From Salinispira sp. (lineage in GTDB: Bacteria; Spirochaetota; Spirochaetia; DSM-27196; Salinispiraceae): a stretch of DNA of 64,000 bases. Made by a program: the position numbers and the translations under genes. A model generated the notes under the pieces. The model saw only the letters and a list, made by a program, of their open reading frames with translations. It was not told the origin of the DNA and ran no database searches. This document shows, one piece after another, positions 53,920 to 62,777 of this stretch. Each line of letters begins with the position of its first letter. Positions within the stretch are counted from its first letter, which is position 1. The stretch lies in NCBI GenBank assembly GCA_965602015.1, contig OZ271918.1, forward strand, positions 96,001 to 160,000, in the 5' to 3' direction.

Positions 53920-55548
53920 CTAGCGCGAGGTTTTTTCCCTGATGAATGAGAGAACCTCGTCAATCCCCATAGGCTGACCCAGATAGAAGCCCTGAAAAAG
54001 ATCCGCGCCGCAGGTTTTAAGCGCTTCCCAATGAGAGCGGGTCTCGATGCCTTCCAAGACAACCTCCTTGTGCTTTACATGACCCATTTCTATGGTGAGT
54101 CGAAGAAATTCAACATTATCCGGATTGCCGAGCACGTTGTTGAGAAAACTGCGATCGATCTTTAAATATTTCACCGGAAGTTCATTGAGGTACGTCAGGG
54201 ATGAATGCCCGGTGCCAAAATCATCCACCATTACTTCGACCCCCGCAGCTTGTATTGCCCGGATGCGCCGCAGGTTTTCACGGAAATTCGACATTATCTC
54301 TGTCTCCGTTATTTCTACCCGCAATCGTCGGGGATCCACCGATTTGCCCATGGCTGATTTTAGGCTGTCGAGAAAAAAGCTGTCATTCAGATCGCTGCTG
54401 GAAATATTGATGGTGATATAGTGGGGAAATGACTGCAGTTCATTTTGCAGGTGTTCAATCACCCGATACACCACCCATCGGGTGATGGTCCCGATTATCC
54501 GGCTGTGAATAGCGATGGGGAGAAACTGTTCGGGCAATAGCAGGCCTCTGCTCGGGTGCTGCCACCGGACCAGGGCTTCCAGCCCGCGAATCGAACCGTT
54601 TGCATCGCAGATAGGCATGTACTGAAGACGAAGTTCCCGATCTTTGATAGCGCGGTTCAGATCTCCCCTGATGATCAGCCGGTCCATGGCCTCATTGTGA
54701 ATGCGTGTATTGTACATGAGATATGGAAGCTGATCGCTCACGGCCTTTACTAAAGCTGTTTCAGCATTGCGGACCAGGGTTTCCCGATCCGCACCGTCAT
54801 CGGGAAACATCGCGATTCCTATTGATGGCAACAGGTGGAGCACCGTGTCTTTTGTATGAAACGGCACTGCGATTTGGTCTTCAATTCGCTGAGCAATTAT
54901 TAACAGGTCGCTGCGCCAGGCATAGCGGGTTATCATCGTGAGGATACGGTCCTCGGAGAGCTGGAAAATCATATCATTTTCCCTGAGAGTGCTGCGTATC
55001 GTCATGGTGATGTGTTCCATGATCACTTCGATGATTTGAGAGCCGTACATCGCTTGAATTTCGCGGAGATTTCGAATCTGAATGATAAAAAGAGCAATCT
55101 TCCTGGCTTCCAAATCACGGCTTCCATGATCCAGGGCATTTTCAAGCATAATGTTAAGGGAATTTGTTTCGAGCAGCTTCGACTGCCCTTCATTTGCAAA
55201 CTCGTCGCTTCGAAGATAGAGGTAGACGCCGAGTATTTCCTGCTGATTTAGCACGGGAATAAAACGCCGTCGATACCGGCTCTTGCTGTTCAACGGCATT
55301 GCCTCAGTTACAAAAGCCCGACCCTTTTTTGCCGCTTTACTGAATTGCGAAATAAGTTGATCACCGGGTTTGAGGAGATCGGATAACTCCTGAACCGTGC
55401 TTGCCGCCTCTTCCAGTTCCGGAAAAAGCTGTTTGGCTGCGCTGTTTAGATATAAAACCACACCGTCTGCGGAAAAAGCTAACGTGGGGTCGGGACTGCC
55501 CTCCAATGCGTATTTGATAATTTGATGATTACTCAGATTCTCCGACAT
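53920..55548 (-). CDS. PAS-GGDEF(degenerate)-EAL c-di-GMP phosphodiesterase
   Basis: PAS-like N-terminus, GGDEF site reads SEDRI, intact EALVRW, EITE, DDFGTGHSS, KIDRSF, EGIET, QGFY; start set at ATG 55548. Confidence 0.9.
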   Translation of the reverse strand: MSENLSNHQIIKYALEGSPDPTLAFSADGVVLYLNSAAKQLFPELEEAASTVQELSDLLKPGDQLISQFSKAAKKGRAFVTEAMPLNSKSRYRRRFIPVLNQQEILGVYLYLRSDEFANEGQSKLLETNSLNIMLENALDHGSRDLEARKIALFIIQIRNLREIQAMYGSQIIEVIMEHITMTIRSTLRENDMIFQLSEDRILTMITRYAWRSDLLIIAQRIEDQIAVPFHTKDTVLHLLPSIGIAMFPDDGADRETLVRNAETALVKAVSDQLPYLMYNTRIHNEAMDRLIIRGDLNRAIKDRELRLQYMPICDANGSIRGLEALVRWQHPSRGLLLPEQFLPIAIHSRIIGTITRWVVYRVIEHLQNELQSFPHYITINISSSDLNDSFFLDSLKSAMGKSVDPRRLRVEITETEIMSNFRENLRRIRAIQAAGVEVMVDDFGTGHSSLTYLNELPVKYLKIDRSFLNNVLGNPDNVEFLRLTIEMGHVKHKEVVLEGIETRSHWEALKTCGADLFQGFYLGQPMGIDEVLSFIREKTSR

Positions 55549-55661
55549 CTTTGACCCTTCCCTAATCAGTATACGACCGCTTTCCTTTAGGTGCAAACCG
55601 CGGTTGTGAAGAGGGAAGACATTGCCTTGTTTTCCCTGACCATCCGTTGTACAACAGGACC

Positions 55662-56678
55662 ATGAAAGACAACATCCCAGGGGAAATCCTGGATTCAATA
55701 GATGCATCAACCCGACTCCCTTATGGCGTGAGTAGATATTACCGATCACTCGCAACCAGTGAAAATCCTGAGACAGATCCTATCGCCGCCCAGTATATGC
55801 CCCGTGAAGCCGAGAAGTATCTCGCTCCCGGCGAGAGCTCCGACCCCCTGTCCGACGACAGGTATTCAGTAGCGCCCAGGGTGATACACCATTACAAAGA
55901 TCGCATACTGGTTTTGGTAAACGATCGCTGCGCAACCTACTGCCGGCATTGTTTCAGAAGGCACTTCACCGGGAACTCCACCGGCAGAATAACACCGGCG
56001 GAACTGGCCGCCGCAGCTGAGTATATTAAGCAAACCCCGGAAGTTCAGGAGGTACTGCTTAGCGGCGGTGATCCTCTCATGCTGTCAGATGAAGAGCTTG
56101 CGGAGATAATCAAAACTCTCCGTGATGCCGCGGGCAAGAGAGCGATAATGTTCCGATTGGCGACGAGAATGCCTGTGGTTCTGCCATCCCGAATCACCCA
56201 TGGCCTGATAGACCGAATAAAAGAAGCCAGTAGGGGAATGCTCTGGGTTGTTACCCACGCCAATCATCCGCAGGAACTGACGGTGCAATTCGAACAGGCC
56301 ACTGCCCGATTCATTGACAACGGGATTCCGGTGCTTAATCAGGCTGTTCTATTAAAAGGAGTAAATGATTCCCCCGACACCCTCGAGACACTCTTTCGGA
56401 GGCTGATTCAGCTGCGGGTCAAACCCTACTACCTTTTTCAGGGAGATCTGGCCTCGGGAACCCGACACTTTCGGACCAGTATTGATCGGGGACTACAGAT
56501 AATGGATGAACTTCGAAAACGCCTATCGGGAATTGCAATGCCGAGTTATGCCCTCGATCTTCCCGACGGCGGCGGCAAAGTTATCCTTGAAGAACATCGT
56601 ATAGTGAAGCGCAGCCCGGAGGGTTACCATATAAGGGGGAATGACGGGCGAACATATTTCTATTCCCATACAGAGTAG
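55662..56678 (+). CDS. KamA family radical SAM protein (lysine 2,3-aminomutase/EpmB-like)
   Basis: CATYCRHCFRR, LLSGGDPL, NQAVLLKGVND, PYYLFQ, GGGKV PLP-lysine motif. Confidence 0.92.
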   Translation: MKDNIPGEILDSIDASTRLPYGVSRYYRSLATSENPETDPIAAQYMPREAEKYLAPGESSDPLSDDRYSVAPRVIHHYKDRILVLVNDRCATYCRHCFRRHFTGNSTGRITPAELAAAAEYIKQTPEVQEVLLSGGDPLMLSDEELAEIIKTLRDAAGKRAIMFRLATRMPVVLPSRITHGLIDRIKEASRGMLWVVTHANHPQELTVQFEQATARFIDNGIPVLNQAVLLKGVNDSPDTLETLFRRLIQLRVKPYYLFQGDLASGTRHFRTSIDRGLQIMDELRKRLSGIAMPSYALDLPDGGGKVILEEHRIVKRSPEGYHIRGNDGRTYFYSHTE

Positions 56679-56731
56679 TGAAGCGTGTTGCAAAACCCCC
56701 CGAATCCAGTAGACTACACAGGGGAGGGCCA

Positions 56732-57349
56732 ATGACATCAGACGATCGCAGCTCTGAGAAGAAGTACAAAAATCTGGGAGGATATTTTCTCATATCCGAA
56801 GCGGAGCTGCAGGACCCCAACTTCCAATTCACCGTCGTACTCATCGTTAATCATGACGATTCGGGAGCCCTCGGTCTGGTAATTAACAGGCCATCAAATA
56901 GCACTCTCGGAGATGTTTTTCCCGAGCAATTCTCAGAGCACAGCGCCTCGCATATACCGCTCTTCGTCGGAGGACCGGTACAGCAGGAGTACATATTCCT
57001 TGTCCAGCAAGGACTTCCGGAAAGCTACCGCAGTGACGGTGCAATCAGAATTAAGGACAACATATACTTCGAACCGGATGTCCGGCCCGTTCTAAACTTC
57101 ATAAGCGAACGGTGGGATGACCTCCCGTATCACCAACGACCGAGCTTGCGCTTTTTCGCAGGGTACTCCGGCTGGGCTCCGGAGCAGCTGGAGCAGGAGC
57201 TACATCTCAAAGCCTGGGTAACCCATCCATCAAGCGGAGATATTATCTTCAATGACAACCCGGAAGAGGGCTGGAGAAAAGCTCTCAAGAAAAAGGGCGG
57301 GATTTATTGGGTAATGGGTGAAACCGGCTCTAAACCGTCCTTGAATTGA
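56732..57349 (+). CDS. YqgE/AlgH (DUF179) family protein
   Basis: DPNF, GALGLVINRP, GGPV, GYSGW...QLEQE; ATG 56732 after GGAGG. Confidence 0.92.
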   Translation: MTSDDRSSEKKYKNLGGYFLISEAELQDPNFQFTVVLIVNHDDSGALGLVINRPSNSTLGDVFPEQFSEHSASHIPLFVGGPVQQEYIFLVQQGLPESYRSDGAIRIKDNIYFEPDVRPVLNFISERWDDLPYHQRPSLRFFAGYSGWAPEQLEQELHLKAWVTHPSSGDIIFNDNPEEGWRKALKKKGGIYWVMGETGSKPSLN

Positions 57350-58602
57350 AAGTGCCCCCAAAACAGCTGATCGAATCAACATAACTCTTTTGCCAGTAGT
57401 CTTCTATGACACGATTCCCGCTCATAGGAGATTACCATGGCATTTCACCCCCGTTTCTGTCCGTACTCGGACTGCTCTCAGCATCATCGCGACAAAGCAT
57501 CAAGCCGGTGCTGGTTTGTCCGAAACGGCCACTATCACTGCCGCCGCCTCGGTTCTTCCCAGCGCTATCGCTGTAAGCATTGCCGTCGCTACTTCTGCGA
57601 AAGCTCGTTTCACCTCGATTATCGCACACATCATCGCCTCGATTACCGGCGCATCTTTTCTTCGATCAATTCGGCCTCCGGTATCCGCGACATTGCCCGG
57701 GAGTTTTATGTCACCGACAAGGTCATTCTCAATCGGCTGAGCCGCCTGTCCCGTCAGGCGATCGCTGCCATGGCCGAGTTATTGAACGATCATACAATCG
57801 ATGAGGATAATGCCGTTGATGGGTTTGAAAGCTTTGTGTACAGCCAATACTGGCCGAACAACTTCACCCTCGCGGTGGGTTCCGACAGCCAGGTTGTCTA
57901 TGCGTGCGACTATGCGCAGATGCGGCGAAAAGGGCGGATGACTCCCGCACAAAAGCGCCGGCGCGATGAGCTCAATCGCCGGTATCCTATTGCAGGGGGA
58001 CAAATTGCGCGATCTTTCCGTGATGTGATAAACACCATTCTTCCCCGGTGGAAGGCCTATTCATCGAAGAAGCCATGCTATCTCTTGAGCGATGAAAAAC
58101 TCGAATACCGCCGTGAGCTGTTCGCTCATCGGGACTGGGCGGCGTTGGAAAATGCAGGGCGGGTGATCCATCACCGAACCTCATCGAGGGTGGTCAGGAC
58201 CACTGAAAACCCCCTGTTTCCGGTGAATTACCTGGACCGGGAGATACGAAAGGATCAATCCTGTCATGTCCGCCAGAGCGTGCAGTGGTCAAAATCGGTG
58301 AACAACAGCATGGAGCGGATGATGATTTACATCGCTTATCATAACCTGCTCAAGCCGTATCGGATAAACGGACGTAACGATATCAGCCATGGTGAGGTTG
58401 CGGGGTTTGACCGAAGGCGGGTACTCACGTTGGTAAAACGGATGTTTACACAGCGGGCCTTCGTTCATCATCTGGTGCTGGATATCAGTCAATGGAAGAC
58501 CTGGCATCGGATCTGGAAGACACCGGTGAGTGCGCTGAAGATCGATCTTCCAGATTATGCGGTGGCCTGAGGAGCGGGAAATCAGCTGTTTTGGGGGCAC
58601 TT
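57350..58602 (+). mobile_element. Insertion sequence (IS1/IS1595-related), about 1.25 kb
   Basis: Perfect 22-bp terminal inverted repeats AAGTGCCCCCAAAACAGCTGAT (57350-57371 and 58581-58602) enclosing one transposase ORF. Confidence 0.9.
57437..58570 (+). CDS. Transposase (zinc ribbon + HTH + DDE-like domain)
   Basis: CPYSDC...RNG...QRYRCKHC zinc ribbon, SGIRDIAREFYVT HTH, VDGFE / LSDEK / VNYLDREIR catalytic-like motifs; AGGAG RBS. Confidence 0.85.
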   Translation: MAFHPRFCPYSDCSQHHRDKASSRCWFVRNGHYHCRRLGSSQRYRCKHCRRYFCESSFHLDYRTHHRLDYRRIFSSINSASGIRDIAREFYVTDKVILNRLSRLSRQAIAAMAELLNDHTIDEDNAVDGFESFVYSQYWPNNFTLAVGSDSQVVYACDYAQMRRKGRMTPAQKRRRDELNRRYPIAGGQIARSFRDVINTILPRWKAYSSKKPCYLLSDEKLEYRRELFAHRDWAALENAGRVIHHRTSSRVVRTTENPLFPVNYLDREIRKDQSCHVRQSVQWSKSVNNSMERMMIYIAYHNLLKPYRINGRNDISHGEVAGFDRRRVLTLVKRMFTQRAFVHHLVLDISQWKTWHRIWKTPVSALKIDLPDYAVA

Positions 58603-58604
58603 CA

Positions 58605-58748
58605 TAAAAACCACCCTTGAAGAGGAGACTGCTTCAAGGGTGATTGGGGGAAGTCGCTGGAGGCTAGCGACATAACTTTTTTACACGCTATGGTTACCAT
58701 AGCGGCAGCTGGGCAAAAGGGGGATGCGGTGGAGGATGCCCATACTGC
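58605..58748 (-). ncRNA. Candidate sigma-54-dependent small RNA with anti-Shine-Dalgarno loops
   Basis: Four consecutive hairpins between a consensus -24/-12 promoter and a U-tailed terminator; no credible ORF. Confidence 0.7.
58606..58645 (-). terminator. Intrinsic terminator of the candidate sRNA
   Basis: 11-bp stem CACCCTTGAAG/CTTCAAGGGTG (58612-58642) followed by GTTTTT on the minus strand. Confidence 0.8.
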
Positions 58749-58758
58749 ACTTATATAA

Positions 58759-58774
58759 TGCAAAAGCCGTGCCA
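58759..58774 (-). promoter_or_regulatory. Sigma-54 (RpoN) -24/-12 promoter
   Basis: Minus strand reads TGGCACGGCTTTTGCA, a full match to TGGCAC-N5-TTGCW, in an AT-rich intergenic region. Confidence 0.82.
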
Positions 58775-58943
58775 TCTACAAATTTTAAGAATTTACATGA
58801 ATTAGGGTGTGTATGACGAGCTGAGCATGCTTCCGGATAGATAACGCTATGCAATTTGGATAACTGTATGCTAAAAACATTATATTTTGCATACCCGATG
58901 CTTCTTGTCTTTACGGTGCACAACTGCTACATTCTTCACCCCG

Positions 58944-59951
58944 ATGAGTAACCGACGTATTCTTCAATCAATAATCAACAGGCAGGACGCTGGTCGTACT
59001 CTTCTTGATTGGCTTGTTTCTCGTTTTCGGTATCTCGACGTAGAGCAATGGACTGCTGAGATTCGCGAGGGTCGTGTAAGGGTAAATGGTCGCCGGAGCG
59101 ATGGAGGTCATGAGCTTCAGTCTGGTGACTGTGTTATTTTCGAGCCTGAAGACCTTCATGAACCGGAAGTGAACAAGGATTACTCTTTTGTTTACCGAGA
59201 CGATGATTTTGCATTGATAAACAAGCCGGCTAATCTTCCCAGTCACCCCGGCGGTATTTATCGGGAGAACAGTCTCTGGTCGCTGCTTGTCGGGAAATAC
59301 CCCACTGCTACTTTGGTTAATCGTCTGGACCGGGAGACCAGCGGCATTATTCTCGTCGCCCTGAGCGATAAGGGACGTAAAGCTCTGGATATTCAGCTTG
59401 GCAATAGTGCGCTGGAGAAGGAGTACCTTGTGCTTGTTCACGGCGATACTCCTGGTCAGTTCCGGGCTGACGGCTGGATCAGCCACGATAATAAAAGCGA
59501 GATCCGGAAGAAGCGAAAGTTTTACCTGAGTTTTCCCGACGGCGCCAAGGCTCAATCCTGCAGCACCGGATTTTTCAAGGTGGCGGGTAACCGCGATCTT
59601 TCTCTTTTACGGGCAACCCTGGGCAGCGGCCGCACTCATCAAATTCGAGCGAGCTTGTTCTCCCTCGGATTTCCCGTGCTGGGTGATAAAATTTACGGGC
59701 TTGATGAATTGCTTTTTATTCGGCTTTCTGAGGGCAGGCTCGATGAGGATGATCTACGCACCTTGGTGTTGAGCCACCAGGCGCTGCATAGTGTGAAACT
59801 GACTATTTCTTTCAAATCACATTCCCCTATTAGGCCAGGGGAAAGTCTGGAGTTTTTTGCCCCCCTTCCTGCAGATTTCGCCGCTGTAGTTAATGAGCGT
59901 CTATCGACTGATTTGCATTCTCTCGACGGAGTTAAAGCGCTTTGGCAGTAA
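58944..59951 (+). CDS. RluA family pseudouridine synthase with S4 domain
   Basis: S4-like N-terminus, NKPANLPSHP, NRLDRETSG (catalytic Asp), GRTHQIR, GDKIYG; start set at ATG 58944. Confidence 0.93.
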   Translation: MSNRRILQSIINRQDAGRTLLDWLVSRFRYLDVEQWTAEIREGRVRVNGRRSDGGHELQSGDCVIFEPEDLHEPEVNKDYSFVYRDDDFALINKPANLPSHPGGIYRENSLWSLLVGKYPTATLVNRLDRETSGIILVALSDKGRKALDIQLGNSALEKEYLVLVHGDTPGQFRADGWISHDNKSEIRKKRKFYLSFPDGAKAQSCSTGFFKVAGNRDLSLLRATLGSGRTHQIRASLFSLGFPVLGDKIYGLDELLFIRLSEGRLDEDDLRTLVLSHQALHSVKLTISFKSHSPIRPGESLEFFAPLPADFAAVVNERLSTDLHSLDGVKALWQ

Positions 59952-62719
59952 GCAGTTATTTTCCCTGGCAAGCTGAACAGTTTGTCGATCAGGCCGGACG
60001 ACGAGAAACCCTTCGATTACTGAGAAACAATCGGGTTTTATCAGTAGTAGCAGGATCAGATCTTGAAGCAAGGGTATTCGATAGCGATGGACTGGCCTTC
60101 ACGCCGCATTTTTCCTTTGTTGGCGGAGAGTTTTTACCTGCTTGTAGCTGCAAGTCCGGGCCGCCCTGCGTTCACTCGGCAGCCCTTTTGGTTTATGGAT
60201 TCCATCATGGTCTTTTACCGGGTTTTCATGAGTATGAGCTCGATGATCTGGTAAACGAGCTTATCGGGTTAGCATCGGGAAGCGATCTGCGGGCCGGCAA
60301 TGATGCACAGGATCTTTTTTTCACCGGAAGTCCGACGAAGGAGCAGAAGCACGATAGGCCCTATCCCCTACATCCTTCATCGGAGAATGATGCGCCATCC
60401 GGCATCGCTGCTCGGCATACTGGCCGTACGAAACCCTCCCGCCGTGGTGATTCGAATTTCGCGGTACAATCCCCAGCAGTTGTCGTTTCCACCGACGATT
60501 CAGACGGGGATCAGGTAAGCAAGGATATGTCCTCCGATCCGTTTTCCGAGGCTTTCGGGGAACGTGATGAACCGCAACAGAGTTTTATCGGACGGGTCGA
60601 GCCGTTTCTGAAAATTCAGGCCACTGGTCAGGGTACGGGGATAGAGTTCTGGTTCAGGTATCCCCACGGCGAAGTGGGTTGGCGGGAACCGGAGAACCCA
60701 TCGATAGATCACACAGCTGCCGATGAGATTCCCCTGAAACGTCAGCATGAGGCAGAGAATGCGTTTGTCAGTCGCGTGCGCTCACTCATCGGCGCTGATC
60801 TTGTTTTCGAACGGGGTTTGTATGCCGATCTCTTCAAAGATGGTCCCCTCCAGGATCTCCAGATACGAAACTCTCCCGAGGAATTTTTGATGGACAAGGG
60901 GGCTCGACTGCTCGCAGAGGGTATCGAGGTGCGCATAGAAAACCGGCCGGTGCGTATCGACAAGGAGCTCGTTTTTACCGTTGAAAGCGATCTTGATCTG
61001 TTGGGCATCCGGGCGTCGGTAAAAAGCGTTGACGGGAGTACGGTGCTGCCGATTACCAGGATGGATAGCGGCGCTCTTTCGCGGGGTATGGTTGAGGCGG
61101 ATGGCCAGTTTGTCCTGTTGCGCTCTGAGGATTTGAAGCGCCTCGAGTATCTCAGCCGTCGCGGAATGAGCGGGGACGGACTTCTCACGGCTTCCTCAAT
61201 AAATATGGTGCTTCTCGAGAAGATATATCAGCAGACCTCCGCTGAGGACCGGGCCGCGGTGAATCAGATACTCGAGAGAAAGGCCTGTCTCGATGATATT
61301 CGCTCGATCCCGGTATACGATCCTCCCGTGGGTCTGGCAACCCGGTTGCGCAACTATCAGCACTACGGATATAACTGGTTGAATTATATGCTGGATAATT
61401 CCCTCAATCCCTGTTTGGCCGATGATATGGGACTGGGCAAGACTATCCAAACCCTGAGTCTCCTGCTTAATCGAAGGGAAAAAAGCCCCGGCGGCACTTC
61501 TTTGGTTGTCTGCCCTGTGGTGACCATGGCTAATTGGGAGGCGGAAGCCCGCCGATTTACTCCCGATCTTGAGGTGGTACTTCACAAGGGTGACAACCGG
61601 GCGCAATCAGTAGATGAACTCGTGTCGGCTGATGTGGTGCTCGTATCATATCAAACGTTACGCATGGATCTGGCCATATTTGTCGAACGCCGCTGGGATC
61701 TTCTGATTCTGGATGAGGCTCATTATATTAAGAATATTCAGTCCCAGATTTTTAAGACCGTCAGAAGTATCTCAGCGAATCACCGGGTGAGCCTAACTGG
61801 CACTCCTATTGAAAACTCGGTAATGGAACTGTTTGCCCAGATGGATTTTCTGAATCCGGGGCTGCTGGGGACCCCTCGTCAGTTCTATGCCGACTTTTTT
61901 AAGGGCATTCAGCGCGAGGGTGATGAAAACCTTCTCGATGAGCTCAAGGAGTTGGTGCGTCCCTTTATTCTTCGAAGGACTAAGGATGAGGTACTCGAGG
62001 AGCTGCCGGGAAAGGAAGTGATGGTTCGTTATGTTGATATGGAGGCCGATCAACGCGAGCTATACGAGTTTCAGCGAAACCAAATTCTCGAAGAGTTGGA
62101 AATTACCAGCGAAGCTTCGTTAAAGGGCACTTTGGTATTTAAATCCTTGCTACAATTGCGTCAGTTGGCCATTCATCCGCCGCTGGCCGACCGGGCTCAC
62201 CACGGCGTGAGTTCGGCGAAAATTGATTCCCTCGAGCTTCTGATGTCTGATATTCTTCAGGAGGATCACAAGGTCCTTATTTTCAGTCAGTTCATCGGGA
62301 GCCTTGAGGCTATCTCCGGCATGTGTGAAAAACGGGGCTGGGACAGGGTGCTGCTCACCGGGAAAACCCAGGATCGCAGCAGGGAAGTAGAGCGGTTTCA
62401 GAAGGATCCGGATGTAAAGGTTTTTCTTCTGAGTCTGAAGGCCGGCGGAGTCGGTATTAATTTGACCGCTGCGGATTATGTGATCATTTTCGACCCATGG
62501 TGGAACCCCGCTGCGGAGCAGCAGGCGATCGACAGGGCCCACCGCATGGGACAGACCAAGCGGGTCATGGCATATAAGCTCATTGTTCGGGATAGCATAG
62601 AAGAAAAAATTCTCGAACTGCAAAACCAAAAGAGCATGTTGGCCGATGAAATCATAAATGCCGGAGGCAGTCTGCTCAGCCATCTTTCCCGGGAGCAGAT
62701 GCTTTCCTTATTTAGTTAA
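59942..62719 (+). CDS. SNF2-family helicase with an N-terminal SWIM zinc finger
   Basis: CSC...PCVH SWIM; LADDMGLGKT, LDEAH, LTGTPIEN, AGGVGINL, WWNPAAEQQAIDRAHRMGQ. Start uncertain. Confidence 0.93.
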   Translation: MAVSSYFPWQAEQFVDQAGRRETLRLLRNNRVLSVVAGSDLEARVFDSDGLAFTPHFSFVGGEFLPACSCKSGPPCVHSAALLVYGFHHGLLPGFHEYELDDLVNELIGLASGSDLRAGNDAQDLFFTGSPTKEQKHDRPYPLHPSSENDAPSGIAARHTGRTKPSRRGDSNFAVQSPAVVVSTDDSDGDQVSKDMSSDPFSEAFGERDEPQQSFIGRVEPFLKIQATGQGTGIEFWFRYPHGEVGWREPENPSIDHTAADEIPLKRQHEAENAFVSRVRSLIGADLVFERGLYADLFKDGPLQDLQIRNSPEEFLMDKGARLLAEGIEVRIENRPVRIDKELVFTVESDLDLLGIRASVKSVDGSTVLPITRMDSGALSRGMVEADGQFVLLRSEDLKRLEYLSRRGMSGDGLLTASSINMVLLEKIYQQTSAEDRAAVNQILERKACLDDIRSIPVYDPPVGLATRLRNYQHYGYNWLNYMLDNSLNPCLADDMGLGKTIQTLSLLLNRREKSPGGTSLVVCPVVTMANWEAEARRFTPDLEVVLHKGDNRAQSVDELVSADVVLVSYQTLRMDLAIFVERRWDLLILDEAHYIKNIQSQIFKTVRSISANHRVSLTGTPIENSVMELFAQMDFLNPGLLGTPRQFYADFFKGIQREGDENLLDELKELVRPFILRRTKDEVLEELPGKEVMVRYVDMEADQRELYEFQRNQILEELEITSEASLKGTLVFKSLLQLRQLAIHPPLADRAHHGVSSAKIDSLELLMSDILQEDHKVLIFSQFIGSLEAISGMCEKRGWDRVLLTGKTQDRSREVERFQKDPDVKVFLLSLKAGGVGINLTAADYVIIFDPWWNPAAEQQAIDRAHRMGQTKRVMAYKLIVRDSIEEKILELQNQKSMLADEIINAGGSLLSHLSREQMLSLFS

Positions 62720-62777
62720 AAGCCGGCTATTTTGAAGATTTGATATCGGCTTATGTATATGAAAAAAGAGGATAATT

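Noticed and set aside
58681..58743. 20-codon ORF (MGILHRIPLLPSCRYGNHSV) inside the candidate sRNA, and its 80-aa extension to 58923
   Set aside because: The ATG is 5 nt from the predicted 5' end, buried in a stem with no RBS; the longer ORF crosses the promoter and has no protein-like features.
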